Part shown: piece after piece, positions 1-8,287 of the stretch
How positions within the stretch are numbered: position 1 is the first letter of the stretch
Layout: each line of letters begins with the position of its first letter
Program-made: the position numbers and the translations under genes
Notes under the pieces: model-generated
The model's database searches: none
What the model saw: only the letters and a program-made list of their open reading frames with translations
Told to the model about the DNA's origin: nothing
Assembly (NCBI GenBank): GCA_964610305.1
Contig: CAZSVL010000003.1
Span: 13,122 to 77,121, forward strand
Length of the DNA stretch: 64,000 nt
Source: an uncultured Gammaproteobacteria bacterium
GTDB taxonomy: Bacteria > Patescibacteriota > Patescibacteriia > Magasanikbacterales > JBBTXJ01
Direction: 5' to 3'

Positions 1-387
1 ATTTTGGAAATCCAGCCTATCTCCGCTGGTGAGCTCATTAAACACTTTTTGGTCTCTACGGAAATTCGCATCCCGTGGGTTGCTTACAATTCTGTACCTT
101 ACTCTAAAGCCGCGCTCACGCAGGATTGCACCAAACAGGAGCGATAAGCTCAGGCAGTTACCGCGTCTGTGCTTAACTAAATCTTGCGCCGTCAAAGCGC
201 CGTCATCATATGTCCATCCAGAGCTGATCAAAAAGGAGCGAATCTGTAGAGCCGCATCCATAATGTCCGGCGGTAGGACGGGAAGGTCAGAGAAAAGCTC
301 CCTGAGTTTTTTGGTTTGGGTTCCTTCACACCCAGACACCATGCTAAGAATAGGCCAGTAATGCGGAAGTGTATGAATTGTTTTCAT
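1..387 (-). CDS. Transglutaminase-like domain protein, N-terminal part; the gene runs off the left edge of the window
   Basis: Minus-strand ATG at 387-385 preceded by GGAGGA. Translation MKTIHTLPHYW...KHRRGNCLSLSLLFGAILRERGFRVRY matches the transglutaminase-like G-x-C catalytic-core pattern. No stop codon before position 1. Confidence 0.55.
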   Translation of the reverse strand, partial: MKTIHTLPHYWPILSMVSGCEGTQTKKLRELFSDLPVLPPDIMDAALQIRSFLISSGWTYDDGALTAQDLVKHRRGNCLSLSLLFGAILRERGFRVRYRIVSNPRDANFRRDQKVFNELTSGDRLDFQN

Positions 388-427
388 GATTCCTCCACCC
401 GCAACGTAGCATGAAAAAAAGACTTTG

Positions 428-1063
428 TCAAGTGGTTATCGTGTCTGTTTCTACCGTGTATCCACGCTCTCTTAGAACGTCAACAAACAAGCGTTGAACC
501 AATCCGGGGGAGCGGTAGACGGCGTCATGAATTGGCATGACCACCTCTGGTTTAATACGCTCCACAAAATCTAGAACGTCGTTTGCCGTTGCCCAGGGAG
601 CGCTTGCGGGGGCGAGTAATATTTTTGGATTAGATTCTAAGACGGGGTGCAGGCAGTCAGATGGATGGAGAACCTGATCATCTAGCAGGAAGCCAATTGA
701 CTGTGGTACCGGGATAGGAAGTTTTTCGTGAGGGCAGTCTATTGCTTTTATATTGATAGCACCGACACTGAAACTCTCGTTTACTGCCACGACGGCCGCT
801 TTAATTTGATGATCACCAAGAATTTTTGCAATAGAATCGTTAGTGTATATTGAGCAGTCCGGATTGACGGACAGGATCTCCTTTATAATTTCTGGCTCTG
901 TGTGATCACGGTGTTCGTGCGTGAGCAGTACGGCATTTATATCAATAAAATCACTCGGCTTTTTTCCGTTTACATCAAACGCAAAAGTCCCCGGATCAAT
1001 GAGGATTCTGGTGCCTTCTTTTTCTATGAGGACGCAGGAGTGTCCTTGGTGTGAGATTTTCAT
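428..1063 (-). CDS. MBL-fold metallo-hydrolase
   Basis: 211-aa ORF with the THEHRDH (HxHxDH) metal-binding motif and further His/Asp residues typical of the metallo-beta-lactamase fold. Confidence 0.8.
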   Translation of the reverse strand: MKISHQGHSCVLIEKEGTRILIDPGTFAFDVNGKKPSDFIDINAVLLTHEHRDHTEPEIIKEILSVNPDCSIYTNDSIAKILGDHQIKAAVVAVNESFSVGAINIKAIDCPHEKLPIPVPQSIGFLLDDQVLHPSDCLHPVLESNPKILLAPASAPWATANDVLDFVERIKPEVVMPIHDAVYRSPGLVQRLFVDVLRERGYTVETDTITT

Positions 1064-1317
1064 TTCGTCGAGTTTGATATTTGATTCTTAAGTAGTTCTT
1101 TCTGCTGACTATTGTGTTTGAGTATATATTCTCGCCGTCTAGCATCTCGCTCATTTTTATATGCTTCGTAATACACGAGAGTGAAGGGTCGAAAGTTGCG
1201 TGTGGCGTTTACCTTGCCGTCTTGGTGAGTCTTAAAACGTTGGCGTAAGTCGTTTGAGTAGCCGATGTAGATCCAATTAAGCCGTTTGTGGCTTTGCAGT
1301 GCGTAGACATAATGCAT
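1060..1317 (-). CDS. GIY-YIG nuclease domain protein
   Basis: N-terminal YVYALQS...IYIGYS pattern (GIY-YIG). The ATG at 1317 is the likely start. The GTG start at 1326 in the ORF track would run into the tRNA-Cys gene. The 4-bp overlap with the upstream ORF suggests an operon. Confidence 0.7.
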   Translation of the reverse strand: MHYVYALQSHKRLNWIYIGYSNDLRQRFKTHQDGKVNATRNFRPFTLVYYEAYKNERDARRREYILKHNSQQKELLKNQISNSTK

Positions 1318-1319
1318 TG

Positions 1320-1393
1320 AGGCCACGGCGGGATTCGCACCCGCGAATAACGGTTTTGCAGACCGTCGTGTTAGACTACTTCACCACGTGGCC
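1320..1393 (-). tRNA. tRNA-Cys (anticodon GCA), discriminator U73
   Basis: Cloverleaf read on the minus strand: acceptor GGCCACG/CGTGGCC, anticodon stem-loop ACGGT-CTGCAAA-ACCGT, T-arm GCGGG-TGCGAAT-CCCGC, U73. Confidence 0.8.
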
Positions 1394-1488
1394 GTGATGA
1401 TAAATTGTGAACGTGTTTTGTCTCCCTTTGGGAGATCCCCCGAAGGGGGACAGACCGTCGTGTTAGACTACTTCACCACGTGGCCGTG
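1359..1488. repeat. 38-bp direct repeats (1359-1396 and 1451-1488) flanking a 34-bp near-palindrome (1419-1452). The repeat unit is the 5' half of tRNA-Cys (positions -3 to 35).
   Basis: Identical string cagaccgtcgtgttagactacttcaccacgtggccgtg occurs twice. The intervening tgtctccctttgggagatcccccgaagggggaca is a twin hairpin. Confidence 0.85.
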
Positions 1489-1519
1489 TTGCGTAGGATA
1501 CTAGAAATTAAGCGTTATG

Positions 1520-2644
1520 TCAACGGGGGCGGGCTCGCCACATCTTGGTTGCATGTCTTAGGGGAACGGGCGTTTGGCGTGCCTTAAAAAGAAGGTCTGA
1601 AATGATGTTGCTCTCGTGCAATTCTTCTAGATCATCAAGCTCATCTGTTTGAAATAGACTAACTGCAGGGACCGGCTGTCCGGCGCCGGTGTAAGAGCAC
1701 TCATTGCAGCCAGGGCAGTGAGCACCTTTTAGTCCAGCAAGATTGCCTGCGGTGTCAAAGGCACTTAAAAAGGCTGGTACGTCTGGGTGTTGGTCTATGG
1801 CCCGGCTGCAGTTTGAGCATCCTCCTACAAAAGGAGTTACTGAGGCTAGGCCTTTAAGAAGAGGGCCGCGTAGCATGGCTTGGATGTTTTGCTGATGGGA
1901 GATGGTATCAATGGGAGTGTTTGATGGCATGCCTAGAACAATCATGGTGCCTGCAAGTGCCGCATGTTCTATGTGTTGCCATAGCTCTGAGCTAAAACGC
2001 ATGGGAGCCAAAATAAGTACAAAAGACGGCCCTGCTGCAACGGTGTTGTTGAGAGTTTCAATTGCAGAGTTTTCATTGAGCAAAAGCACCGCTACTTTCT
2101 GTTTCTTATCTATGTTTTTAATTACATGGCCTACACCATCAAGCGCTGCCAGTGTGGCTCCTGGTGTGGGGGCGCAGAGCATCATTATTCCGCTCCTGTG
2201 ATCCAACATATCTTTTATTTTCCCTCTCTGCTCTTTAGTAAGCAATTTTTTGGGGTCTGAAAGGCTGGAAGGAATATCGCTTATTTCAAAGATATTGTTG
2301 TTTGATCGCAACAAATACGAGCCTTGGGCGTCTTCAACTTTTTTTTGAAAGTGCTTATGTTTGGAGAATCTCTTTATAAAGGCTTTAAAAGAAGAAGCAA
2401 GCGACTCTGGTAATGAGAGTTTGACGTGAGCAGGCGCGTTTCCAACGTGAGCAAGCAAGCAATCACCTTTAATTTCAATAGAAGCGGTAGACCACGGAGT
2501 GCGTGATCTTTGGTGTTGCAGTAGGCTTTGTATAAACGCTTGCATAGCTCTTAGTATATACGCAGGAGTCTGTGGCGGCAATGTGGGGACAGATACTTGA
2601 CGTAAAAAAGCCCTCGTGTTACCATAGTGCCGTTGCGTAAGCAT
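1520..2644 (-). CDS. Hypothetical protein with C-terminal Cys-rich zinc-ribbon-like motifs (GGCSNCS...HCPGCNECS)
   Basis: 374-aa ORF, no family recognised by eye. It is divergent from rpsF. The true start may be internal. Confidence 0.5.
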   Translation of the reverse strand: MLTQRHYGNTRAFLRQVSVPTLPPQTPAYILRAMQAFIQSLLQHQRSRTPWSTASIEIKGDCLLAHVGNAPAHVKLSLPESLASSFKAFIKRFSKHKHFQKKVEDAQGSYLLRSNNNIFEISDIPSSLSDPKKLLTKEQRGKIKDMLDHRSGIMMLCAPTPGATLAALDGVGHVIKNIDKKQKVAVLLLNENSAIETLNNTVAAGPSFVLILAPMRFSSELWQHIEHAALAGTMIVLGMPSNTPIDTISHQQNIQAMLRGPLLKGLASVTPFVGGCSNCSRAIDQHPDVPAFLSAFDTAGNLAGLKGAHCPGCNECSYTGAGQPVPAVSLFQTDELDDLEELHESNIISDLLFKARQTPVPLRHATKMWRARPR

Positions 2645-2650
2645 TTTTTT

Positions 2651-3280
2651 ATGTACGAATTTTATTGTGTTGCGTCTGGAGACTTAACTGAAGAGCAGGC
2701 GCAGGAAAAACTAAAAGAAGTAAAAGAAAAAATAGCCGCCATGGGAGCGGTTGTTGATGATGTGGTTGATTTGGGCAGACAAAAGTTGGCGTATCCAATA
2801 GCGCATCAAAATTTTGGCTACGTTTATACCTTATATATAGAGGTGGATGGTAGCAAAGCAGTAAATGTGCGCACAGAGCTTGAGCGCCACTTAAATTTGC
2901 TTAGAGTTTTTGCGCGTAGCTTTAATCCGTCAGAGCAAAAAAAGGCCGCAGCAGAGCGCACTACCTCAATTAGACCAAAGAGAAGAGGCGCAAAAGATGA
3001 TAAGAAAAAAGAGGTAAGACGGGCTGTTATGACGGCTCCAAAACCAGCGCAGGCGCCAGTAGAAACTACTGCTCCCGCGGCGCCCAAAAAAGAAGTAACG
3101 CCAGAGATGCCAACACTTCAAGAGCAAGTTCAGGCAGAAAAAGAGGCAGTGGCAGCAGACAAGCAAGATGATGCAGATAAGTCTGTACCGGTAATTGACG
3201 AGCAAAAGGCAGATTTGGAAGCAATTGACGCAAAATTGGATGAATTGCTAGATACTGATCTGATTCCAGAGATTAAATAA
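2651..3280 (+). CDS. rpsF: 30S ribosomal protein S6 with a low-complexity Ala/Pro/Lys-rich C-terminal extension
   Basis: MYEFYCV...GDLTEEQA...LGRQKLAYPI matches the S6 N-terminus. Conserved rpsF-ssb-rpsR order. Confidence 0.85.
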   Translation: MYEFYCVASGDLTEEQAQEKLKEVKEKIAAMGAVVDDVVDLGRQKLAYPIAHQNFGYVYTLYIEVDGSKAVNVRTELERHLNLLRVFARSFNPSEQKKAAAERTTSIRPKRRGAKDDKKKEVRRAVMTAPKPAQAPVETTAPAAPKKEVTPEMPTLQEQVQAEKEAVAADKQDDADKSVPVIDEQKADLEAIDAKLDELLDTDLIPEIK

Positions 3281-3309
3281 CGCTTTTTCTTCTCATAACT
3301 CTACTTTCT

Positions 3310-3843
3310 ATGGATCTCAACCGCGTTCAAATAATTGGAAACATGACACGCGACCCAGAATTGCGCACCACGCAAGGTGGTCAGTCGGTTTGCTCATTTG
3401 GTGTTGCAACCAATAGGCGCTATACCGGAAAAGATGGTCAACAACAAGAACAAACAGAGTTTCACAATATTGTAGCGTGGGCAAAGCTCGCAGAGATCAT
3501 TTGTCAGTATTTAGGCAAAGGAAGAAAAGTATATATTGAAGGAAGGCTGCAAACACGAGAATGGCAAGGACAAGATGGCAATACCAGAAGAACAACAGAG
3601 ATAGTTGCAGAGAATATGATAATGTTGGATCGTGCTGGTGGCAGTCAGGGAGCTCCTGCTCCGCGGCCCGCGGCGGCTCCAGCTCCGTTTCAAAATCAGG
3701 CAGCGCCAGCTCCGCAGCCCGCAGCTCCAGCGCCAGCTCCGGTAGAGCAGATTCCAACCATTAATTTAGATGAACCTACTCCTGCTCCTAGCGATCCAGG
3801 CATGACACAAGAAGACGTTCAGGTAGATGAGATTCCCTTTTAA
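3310..3843 (+). CDS. ssb: Single-stranded DNA-binding protein
   Basis: OB-fold N-terminus (RVQIIGNMTRDPELRTTQGG), Pro/Ala-rich linker, acidic C-terminal tip ...DEIPF. Confidence 0.9.
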   Translation: MDLNRVQIIGNMTRDPELRTTQGGQSVCSFGVATNRRYTGKDGQQQEQTEFHNIVAWAKLAEIICQYLGKGRKVYIEGRLQTREWQGQDGNTRRTTEIVAENMIMLDRAGGSQGAPAPRPAAAPAPFQNQAAPAPQPAAPAPAPVEQIPTINLDEPTPAPSDPGMTQEDVQVDEIPF

Positions 3844-3845
3844 TT

Positions 3846-4061
3846 ATGCAAATCAAAAAGCAAGACAAAATGTGCTACTACTGTGTTAAGAACTCAGAGA
3901 TAGCGCCAACTGACGCCGTAACACTGCAACGGTTTATTTCTTCATATAAAAAAATTCAGCCTAGAAAAAGAAGCGGTTTGTGCGCCCTTCATCAGCGCAA
4001 GGTTTCTAAGGCCATCAAGCAGGCCAGAATAATGGGTCTTCTTCCGTTTGTTGCAGAGTAG
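3846..4061 (+). CDS. rpsR: 30S ribosomal protein S18
   Basis: CYYC...LQRFISSYKKIQPRKRSGLCALHQRKVSKAIKQARIMGLLPF matches the S18 consensus. Confidence 0.9.
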   Translation: MQIKKQDKMCYYCVKNSEIAPTDAVTLQRFISSYKKIQPRKRSGLCALHQRKVSKAIKQARIMGLLPFVAE

Positions 4062-4065
4062 CTTG

Positions 4066-4223
4066 TAGTATAGAGTATTCAGTATTGAGTATTCAGCGGG
4101 TGCCCGCTTGTCATTCTGAACTTGATTCAGAATCCAGTTAGAAATAGAGCGCGTTTTATATTTCTGCCTGGATCCCGGATCAAGTCCGGGATGACGCTTA
4201 AACGTACTGAATACTCTATACTC
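4066..4223. repeat. GTCAT-family twin-hairpin repeat element (core 4110-4195) nested in longer outer inverted repeats
   Basis: GTCATTCTGAACTTGATTCAGAATCCAG...CTGGATCCCGGATCAAGTCCGGGATGAC, flanked by tagtatagagtattcagta / tactgaatactctatactc. Confidence 0.8.
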
Positions 4224-4227
4224 AAAA

Positions 4228-4788
4228 ATGGCATCCTACGAGATTTTAAAAAAGGGGACCGTTATCAAATATAAAGGTGCTCCTCATGTGGTGGTTTTTC
4301 ACCAGCATTATAAACCGGGCAAAGGCCCGGCTTTTGTGCGCACAAAGCTTAAGAATCTTATATCTGGAAACGTAATAGAGAATAATTTTAAGGGCGGAGA
4401 TCAGGTGGAGCCGGTAGAGGTAGAGCGTCAGAATTTGCAGTACTTATATCCGGGAGAGGGCGAGTATAATTTTATGCGTACCGATACCTATGAGCAAATA
4501 TCAATTCCGGCAGATGTAGTAGGGGATCAAATGCAATGGCTTAAAGAGAGTCAAGAGGTAATTGGACTTTTTTTTGAAGGATCAGTTGTTTCCGTAGATA
4601 TTCCAACCAAGTTAACGCTAAAAGTTGTCTCTGCTGGAGAGGGTGTTCGCGGTGATACGGCATCCGGAACCGCCACAAAAGAGGTGGAGCTAGAGACGGG
4701 AACAAAAATTCAGGTCCCACTTTTTATAAAACAAGGTCAGTCCGTTGTAATAAACACGGAAACAGGAAGCTACGCAGAAAGAGTGTAG
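4228..4788 (+). CDS. efp: Elongation factor P
   Basis: 186 aa. KGG...ATKEVELETGTKIQVPLFIKQGQSVVINTETGSYAERV matches the EF-P C-terminus. Confidence 0.9.
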   Translation: MASYEILKKGTVIKYKGAPHVVVFHQHYKPGKGPAFVRTKLKNLISGNVIENNFKGGDQVEPVEVERQNLQYLYPGEGEYNFMRTDTYEQISIPADVVGDQMQWLKESQEVIGLFFEGSVVSVDIPTKLTLKVVSAGEGVRGDTASGTATKEVELETGTKIQVPLFIKQGQSVVINTETGSYAERV

Positions 4789-4846
4789 CGGAGGGCGCAA
4801 GACAACTCGGTTTGCTAGGATGCAGTTTGTGCGTCCTTTTTTTATC

Positions 4847-4875
4847 TTGACAAATGTTTGTAACTAGGCTATAGT
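4847..4875 (+). promoter_or_regulatory. Consensus sigma70-type promoter (TTGACA, 17-bp spacer, TATAGT)
   Basis: TTGACA at 4847-4852 and TATAGT at 4870-4875. GGAGG ribosome-binding site before the ATG at 4908. Confidence 0.6.
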
Positions 4876-4907
4876 CTACTACGCACATTTACAACACGGA
4901 GGTCTCC

Positions 4908-6134
4908 ATGCGCAAGAGAAAATTGTGCACTAAATACGGCGAAATTCAGGTTCCAGCAAAGTCGCTGCACGGAAGCGCTGTGCTGTATTCTGAGCAGACG
5001 GTGGAGATTCTTGCTGGCACAAAAATGCGTGACGGCAAGGTTCTTAAAAAGTCAGTTACACTGCTCCCAGGAACCATCTTCATGCCACGGCTTCACAAGC
5101 CGGAGACAGGAAGGCCGTACTTTGTCTGGCAGATTTACGCTCAAGGAATCTTTGATGCTCTGCGCGGAATTATGCATATTCAGGCTGGCTACGATAGTCA
5201 GTATGAGCAGCGATACGGCCGGATGGGTGAGGTGCAGACCATAGAAGACGTGCGGTCAGCTCTGAACACCATTTTGGGATGGCTTGCCACTTACAGCAGC
5301 CTCTCTGATTTAGAGAAAGATGCGCTTGGTGAGTTTATCTCTGGAAAAACAGAGCTTGTGGGTAATGTTCAGGATGAGCATAAGCGCAGAGCGCTAGAGC
5401 GGATGATTGCCGCAAGCAAAGAAAAAGATTCTTCTGGGAAGTCTAACCCTAGTGCGCGTATGGCGCGCAGTGTTGGTGCCCGTAGAGATCTGCATGAGCG
5501 TCTGTCTCTGATCAGATTCATTGAGCCGCGGATTGGTACGCGCGCAGTTGCTTTGGCAACAGAAGACGCACGGATCCGCAGGATTTACGCGGACGCGTAC
5601 AAAAGATTTAGTGCCATTGAAAACTCAATCGGCAATGCAATTGCTGGTATGGGAGATAGCGCCAAGCGCTTTGCTGTTACGGTGATGGGAATGGTGGAAG
5701 ATCTGCAGACTATCAAGGTTGGACCCTATCCATCGCATGTGCAGAGGATCGTTAAAGATGCTCAGCAGGTTGGTAACTATATTGCAGCAAACCAAAAGAA
5801 GAAGGCACTTGCTGTACGCAAGAGGATCCTGGAGTCTCTGCGTTGCAAGAGAGCTCGCTGGCAGCTAGAGGGTATCCGTACGCCGCTTTCAATTGCAGCG
5901 GCAGGAAAAAAGAAAGATAGAGAAGCGGCTGTTGCGGCGGGGACACACAAGGTTTTTGCTGCAAGGTTGCAGGATTTCTCTGGAAGAATGGCAACCATTG
6001 CGGACGAGGATTTCAGCAAGAAAGTGAGATCCTTTGCGGTGGTGCGTTGTGATAAAGCGGCATCGCTCTTGATGGATCTGGAAGATTTTAGGGGTGCCAA
6101 GACCCTCGTCGGAGAAGCTTGTAACAGACTCTAG
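4908..6134 (+). CDS. Hypothetical protein (408 aa, Arg/Ala-rich, no recognisable domain)
   Basis: Long ORF with strong promoter and RBS. Composition is GC-richer than neighbouring genes. Confidence 0.6.
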   Translation: MRKRKLCTKYGEIQVPAKSLHGSAVLYSEQTVEILAGTKMRDGKVLKKSVTLLPGTIFMPRLHKPETGRPYFVWQIYAQGIFDALRGIMHIQAGYDSQYEQRYGRMGEVQTIEDVRSALNTILGWLATYSSLSDLEKDALGEFISGKTELVGNVQDEHKRRALERMIAASKEKDSSGKSNPSARMARSVGARRDLHERLSLIRFIEPRIGTRAVALATEDARIRRIYADAYKRFSAIENSIGNAIAGMGDSAKRFAVTVMGMVEDLQTIKVGPYPSHVQRIVKDAQQVGNYIAANQKKKALAVRKRILESLRCKRARWQLEGIRTPLSIAAAGKKKDREAAVAAGTHKVFAARLQDFSGRMATIADEDFSKKVRSFAVVRCDKAASLLMDLEDFRGAKTLVGEACNRL

Positions 6135-6434
6135 TTTGGTGGTGGCAGGATTGGCTGCTTATTAAAGAAAGAGGATGTTGCTACCATCATTCTACCTTAA
6201 AGATTTGCAGCAACAAGATTTAGCTTTTTGTAAGATGAACGTGCTGTTGCTGCTGTTTGTTTGCTACCCAAGAGAGGTTGTGTAGTAAGACGGTTCCGGC
6301 TGGGCGGCTTTTCTTTATTGAACTTTTCAGTGGCAAGATCGGCGAGCTGCAAGGACCAAGGGAGTGCCACTGTTTTCCGACGTTGCGTTGCAGCGTCGGT
6401 TTTTAATTTAAAAAGCGCCTTGCGGCGCCTTTTT

Positions 6435-7499
6435 CTATCCTGCAATGAGTTCCTGCTTCTCAACTTCTTCCAGTATCGCTTTCTTAATTTTCGGAATGAG
6501 CTTAGGATTGTCATTTTTCATATACAGCCTTGCTTTCTCCCTTCCCACACCCAAGCGCTCCTCGCCATAGGTGTAGCTGTTGCCGCTTTTTTTAATTACA
6601 CCATAGAGCACGCCGGCATCAAGCAAGTCTCCTGTAATTGAAATACCCTCGTTATACATTATGTTCACAATAGCTGTTCTAAACGGTGGTGCCACTTTAT
6701 TTTTAACAATCTTCACCTTCACTTGGTTGCCCACAATTTTGTCACTTTGTTTTATCTGAGCGCTGCGCCTTACTTCTATTCTAATACTTGAATAAAATTT
6801 AAGCGCGTTTCCTCCCGTGGTGGTCTCAGGATTGCCAAAGAAGACGCCAATTTTGTGCCGTGTTTGGTTTATAAAGATAACCACAGTATTTGTCTTTGCA
6901 ACAATACCCGCAAGTTTTCTGAGGGCTTGGCTCATGAGTCTTGCTTGCAGCCCCATGTGTCGATCCCCCATATCGCCCTCAATTTCCGCCTTGGGAACCA
7001 GTGCTGCAACAGAGTCAACAACAATAACATCAACAGCATTTGATCTCACCAGCGTCTCAACAATTTCCAAGGCTTGCTCACCAGTATCAGGCTGAGAAAT
7101 TAAAAGCTCATCTACATTCACACCAATTTTTTTTGCGTATTCTGGATCAAGCGCATGCTCTGCATCTACAAAAGCAGCCAGACCGCCTATTTTTTGAACC
7201 TCAGAAACAATGTGCTGCGCCAGCGTTGTTTTTCCTGATGCTTCTGGACCAAATACTTCTATTATTCTTCCGCGTGGTACGCCACCAATGCCCAGTGCAA
7301 TATCAATAGAGAGACAACCGGTAGGGATGGCGTCTATTTCAGTTCGTTTGGCCTGGCCGAACTTCATTATAGAGCCATCTCCAAATCTTTGCTTTATCTG
7401 ATCAATAGCGGCCTGCGCTGCCGCGGCTCTTGGGTCGGTCTTTTTGTTCTCCTCTTTCTTTTTCCCCTCCTTGGATTTAGTTTGCGTCTGCTCTGGCAT
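6435..7499 (-). CDS. recA: Recombinase RecA
   Basis: Walker [12 protein letters not shown], the L1/L2 regions and the overall RecA consensus are obvious. Confidence 0.95.
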   Translation of the reverse strand: MPEQTQTKSKEGKKKEENKKTDPRAAAAQAAIDQIKQRFGDGSIMKFGQAKRTEIDAIPTGCLSIDIALGIGGVPRGRIIEVFGPEASGKTTLAQHIVSEVQKIGGLAAFVDAEHALDPEYAKKIGVNVDELLISQPDTGEQALEIVETLVRSNAVDVIVVDSVAALVPKAEIEGDMGDRHMGLQARLMSQALRKLAGIVAKTNTVVIFINQTRHKIGVFFGNPETTTGGNALKFYSSIRIEVRRSAQIKQSDKIVGNQVKVKIVKNKVAPPFRTAIVNIMYNEGISITGDLLDAGVLYGVIKKSGNSYTYGEERLGVGREKARLYMKNDNPKLIPKIKKAILEEVEKQELIAG

Positions 7500-7580
7500 A
7501 GGTTTGAGTAATATATGAAGGGTTGTATTTTAGCGCTTTGCGGCAATGCATGCAAATTATAAATGCCCCGCTTGGGGCAT

Positions 7581-8285
7581 TTAGTTTTTATGTGTTGTAG
7601 GCGCAAGGGAAAGTGCCTGCGCTGTTTTTGATCTTACTATGGTTCTGCTGGTAATTGTTTGTTTGCCAGATTTTTTTGTGGCCTGAACCGTTACTGTGTT
7701 TATTCCTTTTTGAAGTGGAATCTCTGTTTCAAACCTGCCTTCTTCATTGCTTTGGATGGGTTCGCCATTTATATGTATAGAAACTTGTTTCTCACTTTTG
7801 CCGCTTATGGTTACTGACGCTGCGCTTGTCATCAGGCCGTCAGGTGGATTATAAAGCGCTAGACTTGGCGGCTGAACAAATTGCCAGAGCTGCCAGAGAA
7901 GCCCTCCTGAGAAAACCACCACCAAAAGCGTCAACACACCGGCTCGGGCTAGTCGTGAAAAATCAAACAGAGATTTTTTGTTTACACACGGTGAGGGTAA
8001 AAGCTGCTTTTCTTTTTTGTTCCATTTATTTTCAAAGCCAAAACCGGCGAGCGCCATTGCGGGGTCCATGCCTACTGCCTTTGCATAGCACTTAATATAG
8101 TGCTTGACGTAAATAGAAGCAGCGGGGATATCATTTATACGACACTCCTCCAGAGCGGTGAGATTTTTAACATTTATGCGTGTTTGCTCTGAGAGCTGCT
8201 CTAAGCTCAGCCCCTTTTGCAGGCGTGCCGACTTGAGCGCAACGCAATAACGTTTAGTCTCCTTTATTTTTTTTGCTTTAAACAT
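7581..8285 (-). CDS. RodZ-like membrane protein (N-terminal XRE-type HTH, one TM, C-terminal domain)
   Basis: HTH segment LSLEQLSEQTRINVKNLTALEE, then ASIYVKHYIKCYAKAVGMDP, a TM helix and an extracellular tail. Confidence 0.6.
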   Translation of the reverse strand: MFKAKKIKETKRYCVALKSARLQKGLSLEQLSEQTRINVKNLTALEECRINDIPAASIYVKHYIKCYAKAVGMDPAMALAGFGFENKWNKKEKQLLPSPCVNKKSLFDFSRLARAGVLTLLVVVFSGGLLWQLWQFVQPPSLALYNPPDGLMTSAASVTISGKSEKQVSIHINGEPIQSNEEGRFETEIPLQKGINTVTVQATKKSGKQTITSRTIVRSKTAQALSLAPTTHKN

Positions 8286-8287
8286 GT

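Noticed and set aside
29-361. Plus-strand ORF 29..361 (110 aa)
   Set aside because: Low-complexity, Arg/Ser-rich translation with no motif. The opposite strand encodes a well-formed transglutaminase-like N-terminus with an RBS and a start at 387, so this ORF is the antisense shadow.
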